Source: an uncultured Verrucomicrobiae bacterium (lineage in GTDB: Bacteria; Verrucomicrobiota; Verrucomicrobiia; Limisphaerales; Palsa-1400). From it: a stretch of DNA of 64,000 bases. Shown here one piece after another: positions 57,902-64,000 of the stretch (its first letter is position 1; every line of letters begins with the position of its first letter). A program made the translations under genes and the position numbers. A model generated the notes under the pieces. That model saw nothing but the letters and a program-made list of their open reading frames with translations. It made no database searches and was not told where the DNA came from. The stretch spans positions 2,336,001-2,400,000 of the forward strand of contig CAVXRD010000002.1 of NCBI GenBank assembly GCA_963764165.1. The letters are read 5' to 3'.

Positions 57902-60900
57902 ATGAATACAAAGAATCTGCTAGTGCCAGTATCCAGCCTTGCGCGACGGTTTTGCCCGATGCGCGCACTTTGGCCCAAGACGCAAACTATGAACAATGCC
58001 TGCATTCCTCGCGGAAATAGAGTCCTGGGAGTTCTGGTCCTGTTGGCAGCCATGCTTTCGTGCATGGCTTCAACAGCTGCAATAGTCATTGCCACCAAAC
58101 AGTTGCCCCCGGACACGAACGGCGTTCCCTACAATCAAACTATTAATGTGACCGGAGGCCAGCCGCCTTACAAATGGCAGGTTCTGGCCGGGGCCTTTCC
58201 TGACAGTTTGGTGCTGAATGCCACCAACGGAACAGTTTCCGGCACGACGCACGCGGCAGCGTGGGAATACCAGTACCCTTTCAACGCTTATGTGTCGGTC
58301 ACCGACAGCGCCGGCGCCAGCGCGGGAGCCACGTTCAGCGTGCCCTTGGTGCCTCTGTCTGCCGGTGGTTCATCGAGCCCGACTAATTACTCCTTGACCG
58401 TCGCGGGGGGATCGGGGAGCGGAAGTTATGCGGCTGGAGCCAGTGTGGCCATCTTCGTGACCAACACCCCGGCTGGACAGATATTCAGCAGTTGGACCGG
58501 CGCGGCAGTCGCGAATGCCCAGTCTCCCAGCACCACTCTGATAATGCCAGCCGCCGCCACTGTTGTGACGGCAACTTTTCAGGCGGCCCCGCCGCCAGCC
58601 ACAACCAATTATGTATTGACTGTGGTGGGCGGCTCAGGAAGCGGAAGTTATGCGGCTGGAGCCAGTGTGGCCATCTCCGTGACCAATACCCCGGCTGGAC
58701 AGGTATTCAGCAGTTGGACCGGCGCGGCGGTTGCTAATTCTCACTCTGCCAGCACGACTTTGACCATGCCCGCGGCCGCGACAGTGGTGACGGCGAATTT
58801 TCAGTCGACCCCGCCGCCATCCGCGCCATTGACCCTGGCCGCCGCCACCTTGCCGCCAGCAATGGTAGGAACTTTCTATAGCCAGTCGCTCAATGCTTCT
58901 GGAGGCCATCCTCCATATAAATGGACTCTTGCCTCGGGAAATCTGGCGCAGGGCTTGGCGCTGGATGCCAGCGCAGGAGTTATTAGCGGCATGCCTGCCG
59001 CCTCCGGCGCCTGGGTTTACACATCGACCACGCTTGCCTATATAACAATCACCGACTCCGCCGGGGCCACTGCCGGCATGACATATCAAATGTCAACCGT
59101 CCCCTCCACCAACATTACCTACAATCTTATGGTCAACGGTGGCTCGGGGGGCGGAACGTACGTGGCAAACACTTCAGTCACCATCAAGGCGACGCTCCCC
59201 AATTCCAGTTCAACATTCACCGGCTGGACGGGCGCCGCAGTGGCCAATCCGTCGGCGCAGTCCACCACGCTGGTGATGCCAGCGGCAAATACGGTGGTGA
59301 CCGCCAACTTCATCAATAATGCCCCGTCGTTCCAACTGTTGGTCTCGGGAGGCGGTTACAGCGGTGCGTATCCGGCGGGATCCACAGTTCCCATAACGGC
59401 ATGGTCCGCACCCGCAGGGCAAGTGTTCCAGGCATGGATAGGCGGAGCTGTTGCCAATCAATTCGCAGCCAACACCACATTGGTGATGCCATCCAACAAT
59501 GTCTCTCTGACAGCCGTCTTTGGAGCGACTGCCAATCCGCCCGCCACCATTGCGCAGCCAGTCGCCTCGCATCCGCGCCTTTGGGTCACTACCAACGATT
59601 TGCCGCGCCTTCAAAGCTGGGCTAGCGCCACGAACCCAGTCTACACCCAGGCAGTTCAGGCGTTGCTAGGCAAGGCGATCAACGATTACAACACTTTGTT
59701 CTTCCCGGGAGGCGTGGCCAATCCCAACTGGCCCGATTCCGGTGACAACAACGCCTACGGCGGCGTGATAACGGAGAATTACATTTATATTTTTGGGTTG
59801 AATGCCCTTATTGATCCAAACCCCGCCAATCGCAGCCAGTATGCGCAGTGCGCCCGCAACCTGATCATGTATGTCATGAACCTGGCAGCGCAGGGACCTC
59901 TCGCCAATGCACCCTTCCGCGATCCGAATATGGTCATCGGAAACCGTGACAACTTCTTTTTGGAAGCCTATCCCCTGGTCGTGGATTGGATTTACAACGC
60001 CACCGACACCACGGGCGCGCCGATCCTATCCGCCGCTGACAAAGCGACTATCCGCCAGGTATTCTTAATGTGGGCCGCGCAAGAGGTCAGTGTGATTGAA
60101 ACCGGGTCCAATCCGGAACCTTCCGGCACCTTGAACAACCCCGCGCTTTTGCCTGGCGGGAACGCATTCCGCATGGCGGCAAACAACTATTACAGTGGCC
60201 ACGCCCGGCTGGTGACGATGATGTCGCTTGTCTTTGATCCAGCGGATGATCCGCCCGTCAATCCTTCATTGCCAGTTTCCATTCTTGGCAATTCCCTGCG
60301 CAGTTATATTGCTGATGCGACGGGGGCATGGCTCTATCAGCAGTACGCGATGTATGGCGACCCGGCCAGCGTCTGCGCCGACTATAACCTTCCGGCCAGC
60401 GCCTCAGTCGGTCTCGCTTCCGGCGGATTGCCAGCCGAGGGCATGTTGTACGGGCATTCCTACACCTATATTCTGGGCGAGTTGCTTGCTTTGAAAACCG
60501 CCGGTTTCGCCACTCCGCAACTCGGCGGGCCGCAAACGGCTCTCGCGAATAACGCCCCGATTTGGGATCGTTACGTGCAAGGCATGATTTCTTCCCTGAC
60601 TCCGCTCCAGGGCATTCCCGCCACCGAACCGTATCAGGGGATGACGTATGAGCTGGCCTGCTACGGCGATGTCCTGCGGATGTTTCCCACGGCTGAGTTC
60701 ACGACGATGTTTGCCATGCTCGGCATTCTGGACCAGCACAACGGCTACACGAATCGGCTGAACGCGGAACGCTGGTTCATCATTGACGCGCTTCAGGGCG
60801 GGGCCTCCCAATTTCTCTCGCGCTTGAGCAACCCGTGGTCTTGGGGCGTCCAGGAAACCGTGCTGGCTTACCTGTTTCTTGATCCGTCCCAGCTTTCCCC

Positions 60901-61996
60901 AACCGATCCGCACGGCGATTATCCGGTGACCTTTTATGATGCTCCGGCGGCTCGCCTGGTGGATCGCACTGATTGGGGGCAAATGGCCACCATGTTCGAC
61001 TACCGGGCAAGCTGGCAAACCATTAACCACCAGCAATTAGACGCCGGGCAGTTCGAGTTCTACCGCAAAGGCGAGTGGCTGACCAAGGGGCTGGCCAATT
61101 ATGACGTGGGCGAAAATGGCGCGAGCTCGTTCATGCACAACACCCTCTCCTTGCAAAACTGGTGCGCCAACGGTGTGCCAACCGATCTGCAATGGAATGA
61201 AGGGGATTTCTGGACCAACGGCTCCTCGTGGTCTTTGGGAGCCTGCGCAGGGGATCCTGTCACGCTGACCAGCTTCCAGCCAGCTTATGACTTTCTGCGC
61301 ACCGATTTGACGCCACTTTACAACCGGCCCGGCTCGTCCGCGGCGAATGCCGCGATGGACAACACTAATGTCGTTCGGTCTGTCCTCTGGATCAAACCCG
61401 ACTCCGTTGTGGTTTATGACCGGGTCACTTCGCGGCATTCCGGCTTGTTTAAGCGTTTCAATCTTACCTTGATCGGAAAGCCGCAAGCGACAAATAACGT
61501 GATCACCAGCGCAACTGCTGGCGGTCAAGTCCTGACCGTCACAGAACTATTGCCAATCAATTCCCAATTGACGGTCACCCCGGTTGGAACCTTGGTGAAT
61601 CCCATCGCTGATTTGGAGCCCTCCCAATATCAACTCTCATTGGAAGACCCCAGCTTGCCAGCCGACACCCGGTTTTTCCACGTGTTTCAAGCCACGGATG
61701 CGGGCGTTCCGGCGGAGCCTGTCGAGTTCGTCCAGTCCACGGACGGAATGCCGATGGACGGAGCGGTCTTTGGAAATACGTTCGTTTTGTTTCCCCATGA
61801 CGAGACGGTGCCTTTTGTTGGAACAGCTTACACGGTCCCGGTCTCCGCTACTCAGCATTATGTGATTGGTTGCGTGCCTGGGGCCACTTACTCGGTCATC
61901 GCCTCAGCTTCAACCACCGGCCTTTCCGTCACGATCACGCCCGCATCCAGCGGGTTGACCGCCGACTCGGCTGGAGTCCTGGTTTTCGGGTTTTAG
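57902..61996 (+). CDS. Large secreted protein: Ig-like and InlB-B-type repeats plus heparinase II/III-like lyase-type region
   Basis: GGQPPYKW Ig units, four LTVxGGSGSG...WTG repeats, HPRLW, RTDW, NHQQLDAGQF, HNTL. Start may be 57989. Confidence 0.7.
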   Translation: MNTKNLLVPVSSLARRFCPMRALWPKTQTMNNACIPRGNRVLGVLVLLAAMLSCMASTAAIVIATKQLPPDTNGVPYNQTINVTGGQPPYKWQVLAGAFPDSLVLNATNGTVSGTTHAAAWEYQYPFNAYVSVTDSAGASAGATFSVPLVPLSAGGSSSPTNYSLTVAGGSGSGSYAAGASVAIFVTNTPAGQIFSSWTGAAVANAQSPSTTLIMPAAATVVTATFQAAPPPATTNYVLTVVGGSGSGSYAAGASVAISVTNTPAGQVFSSWTGAAVANSHSASTTLTMPAAATVVTANFQSTPPPSAPLTLAAATLPPAMVGTFYSQSLNASGGHPPYKWTLASGNLAQGLALDASAGVISGMPAASGAWVYTSTTLAYITITDSAGATAGMTYQMSTVPSTNITYNLMVNGGSGGGTYVANTSVTIKATLPNSSSTFTGWTGAAVANPSAQSTTLVMPAANTVVTANFINNAPSFQLLVSGGGYSGAYPAGSTVPITAWSAPAGQVFQAWIGGAVANQFAANTTLVMPSNNVSLTAVFGATANPPATIAQPVASHPRLWVTTNDLPRLQSWASATNPVYTQAVQALLGKAINDYNTLFFPGGVANPNWPDSGDNNAYGGVITENYIYIFGLNALIDPNPANRSQYAQCARNLIMYVMNLAAQGPLANAPFRDPNMVIGNRDNFFLEAYPLVVDWIYNATDTTGAPILSAADKATIRQVFLMWAAQEVSVIETGSNPEPSGTLNNPALLPGGNAFRMAANNYYSGHARLVTMMSLVFDPADDPPVNPSLPVSILGNSLRSYIADATGAWLYQQYAMYGDPASVCADYNLPASASVGLASGGLPAEGMLYGHSYTYILGELLALKTAGFATPQLGGPQTALANNAPIWDRYVQGMISSLTPLQGIPATEPYQGMTYELACYGDVLRMFPTAEFTTMFAMLGILDQHNGYTNRLNAERWFIIDALQGGASQFLSRLSNPWSWGVQETVLAYLFLDPSQLSPTDPHGDYPVTFYDAPAARLVDRTDWGQMATMFDYRASWQTINHQQLDAGQFEFYRKGEWLTKGLANYDVGENGASSFMHNTLSLQNWCANGVPTDLQWNEGDFWTNGSSWSLGACAGDPVTLTSFQPAYDFLRTDLTPLYNRPGSSAANAAMDNTNVVRSVLWIKPDSVVVYDRVTSRHSGLFKRFNLTLIGKPQATNNVITSATAGGQVLTVTELLPINSQLTVTPVGTLVNPIADLEPSQYQLSLEDPSLPADTRFFHVFQATDAGVPAEPVEFVQSTDGMPMDGAVFGNTFVLFPHDETVPFVGTAYTVPVSATQHYVIGCVPGATYSVIASASTTGLSVTITPASSGLTADSAGVLVFGF

Positions 61997-62183
61997 CCCG
62001 GCTCGAAATCCCGGGGGTGAGCTCCGCCCCCGGGATCAAGTTCTTGAAATCAAGGGAGTTCCTCAAAAGGTTTCTACTAGAAGGACTCGATCATCTCGGT
62101 CTGCCATGCTTTGATTTCTGAGGCAGCCAATAGGGCACCGATAGATCGCCCTGTTTTTGACAGCTTCCTCGGTGCGGCTAGAA

Positions 62184-62264
62184 CTATCCACTGCACCGCA
62201 TGATTTCCCGCCGCGCTTCATGCGACAACTTCGGTATTTCCGGGATGATTTCCGCTCTGCTCAT
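62184..62264 (-). pseudogene. Truncated antitoxin-like fragment
   Basis: MSRAEIIPEIPKLSHEARREI. Confidence 0.4.
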
Positions 62265-62365
62265 GCCGGAAGGATAAGCAACAACTGAGATTCGGTCAAC
62301 AGCTTGCCGTGATTGGACACTGAAAACCGGGCGCTGCCGGAAATGCCGCAAGCCACGCTCTAGCA

Positions 62366-62632
62366 TAGTGTCTCTTAAATCGCTTTACATTCGCGGCAAG
62401 GGATTTTTGACGAGGGCAAGGCACGAGCGACGAGCATATCCGCATCGTTCCGCAAGGAGCGAGCAACGCCGCCCTCGTCGAAAAGACCTCCCGCCCTGCG
62501 GGTAGCGCCGCATTTGGCCTGTGGTGTCGTTGCCCCTCAGTCACAGCCCCCATTGTGGGCGATGCTCCTTCGTCGCGTCTAGCCACAGGCCAAATGTGAC
62601 GCAACGAATGTAAAGCGCTTTAACAGACACTA
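62366..62632. mobile_element. MITE with 28-bp TIRs bounded by TA (IS630-like ends)
   Basis: TAGTGTCTCTTAAATCGCTTTACATTCG / CGAATGTAAAGCGCTTTAACAGACACTA (2 mismatches). Confidence 0.8.
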
Positions 62633-62901
62633 CACCAGGTGCTGCGCTGGGATGAACGCGACAAGCGTCTTCTCATAAAAGAGGCCCAACAGATTGCCTA
62701 AATCAAGTAGCAAGGGGGCGGGTGCGCCGGCTTCAGCCAACGCCCCGCCCCTTAACCTTGTTTAATACTCTAATAACTGTCCCGGATAAAACGGGAGGCA
62801 TCGCCCGCCGCCTTTTTGGGCTGGTTGCATGACGTCGTTTCAAATTAGCAATGTGAGTTGAGAAACGATGTGCAAGCTGTATTATCGATTAAGTTTGGAC
62901 C

Positions 62902-63222
62902 ATGAAAATCGTTCCGGACAACAAACGTGATTGGACGCACATGGCTTCCCTGCCTTTTGTAGGCTATCTTTTCGCGATCGCTTTGATGTTTCCTTACTGG
63001 CGGCTGCACACGGAAGGTCATCCCGGCGGTATTGGCAGTGCTGCGTTAAATGGGGGGCTGGACTTATTCTCGCGCGGGGTGTTCATTTGCTTTGCTGGTT
63101 TGACAATCGTCGCTGTCCTTCAGTTCAGGCTCGAGGAACGCAAGCGGGCCATGTGGAGCTTTATATTCGCAATCGTTGCTTTGGTTTTCTCAGATCAATT
63201 CACGCCACCTTTAATAAAGTGA
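62902..63222 (+). CDS. Small membrane protein
   Basis: Three hydrophobic segments. TAAGTT -10 lies 6 nt before the ATG. Confidence 0.6.
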   Translation: MKIVPDNKRDWTHMASLPFVGYLFAIALMFPYWRLHTEGHPGGIGSAALNGGLDLFSRGVFICFAGLTIVAVLQFRLEERKRAMWSFIFAIVALVFSDQFTPPLIK

Positions 63223-63249
63223 ATCGCTATCAGATAATTGCCGTAATCG

Positions 63250-63618
63250 ATGAGTCTAGAAATGAAAAAAACGCATCTTGCTCCATATTGCATATTTCTT
63301 ATAGTGGGAAACTGTTTCCTTCCCGGCTCGCTGCAACCCCTTGCGCGCTTCATGCGGGAGGAGGTATTCCGTCGAGCGCTGGGCGCAAAAGCGCCGCTGC
63401 CTGATATTACCGAAAGAGCGCTCGCAATGCCATCGTGGTTTTGGGTATTGGCCGGTTTATCCATTTTAACGGGCGTCGGTCTATTTATCCAAAAGGTGCC
63501 CGCTTCGCTTCTCGTACACGCGCTGCTGATAATCTGTATCCTAGACGGTCTCGCGTTGCTATTATTTGCGTGGGGAAATTGTTATCCTTGGCTTGGGGTC
63601 ATATGGAGTATCGATTAA
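63250..63618 (+). CDS. Small membrane protein
   Basis: Three hydrophobic segments, PLPDIT motif. Confidence 0.6.
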   Translation: MSLEMKKTHLAPYCIFLIVGNCFLPGSLQPLARFMREEVFRRALGAKAPLPDITERALAMPSWFWVLAGLSILTGVGLFIQKVPASLLVHALLIICILDGLALLLFAWGNCYPWLGVIWSID

Positions 63619-64000
63619 ATGCGGCATGGGGCTTGTGCTAGATTTTGTGCTAGTTTCATCAAAAAACCTCGCCACATTGAATAGCATGGAAAATCCACGC
63701 AAAAGAAACATAACATCAAAGAGGTCAACGCTTTAGCATGGGCGTCAAGTGATGATGCGCAATGGCCTGAAATCGCCAAAAGCGGATTTTTTAAGTCCTG
63801 TGTGTCTGCCAGTTCGCCATTCCGGCATTTCGTTTGCTTATAACGCCTTGCGTCTGCCACATGCGTCAGTACCCGCCAAATCAGCCGCCATTCTTCTTCC
63901 TCTTTGGCTTCGACGTACTTGCCGGTTGGGGAGCTGTTTGATGACCTTGTCAAAATCGCCCCCGGCTCGGTCGTCTTGTTTGGAGCTTGGCGATCCAGTC

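Larger units (their letters stand above)
52553..63826. mobile_element. Decayed integrative island 2 (~11.3 kb) in tandem at the same tRNA site
   Basis: Third, degenerate copy of the tRNA 5' half at 63784-63826. Integrase remnant next to the 52553 repeat. Confidence 0.75.

Noticed and set aside
63784..63826. Additional tRNA genes at 52553 and 63784
   Set aside because: Only the 5' half is present, with no T-arm or acceptor 3' strand. These are att remnants.

Overview
GC-rich bacterial chromosomal segment. Protein families and repeat types suggest Verrucomicrobiota (inference; no marker gene to confirm). From left to right: (1) 1-7.6 kb holds a secreted beta-propeller protein, a ParE-type TA pair, uppS-cdsA, and an ECF sigma factor fused to a membrane domain and a C-terminal CxxCH domain. 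(2) 7.6-12 kb is a patchwork where six copies of a ~25-bp end motif (AAAGTG-N6-GTGRGG..TGAC) bracket foreign fragments: hicAB, an ORF with a decayed attC-like hairpin, and a headless toxin-like tip plus a membrane gene. Two of the copies bound a 169-bp internally deleted REP-associated (Y1) transposase remnant. (3) A frameshifted zinc metalloprotease. (4) 15-32.6 kb is a type II secretion-like operon (gspEFG, H/I/J/K-like, L/M-like) with a sigma-54 promoter, a secretin split into two genes, REP doublets translated inside pseudopilin leaders, a two-component system and two paralogous secreted proteins. (5) tRNA-Leu(TAA) on the minus strand, with two tandem integrative islands that duplicate its 5' half. 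Island 1 (32.75-52.6 kb) has an intact tyrosine integrase, a hollowed-out type III R-M locus around an intact AlbA/Schlafen-ATPase gene, a repressor/excisionase/primase switch and an SNF2-DUF1156-DUF499 defence operon. Island 2 (52.6-63.8 kb) is decayed and carries a WD40 histidine kinase, a response regulator and a large Ig-repeat lyase-like protein. All family assignments come from motif recognition by eye; no searches were run.
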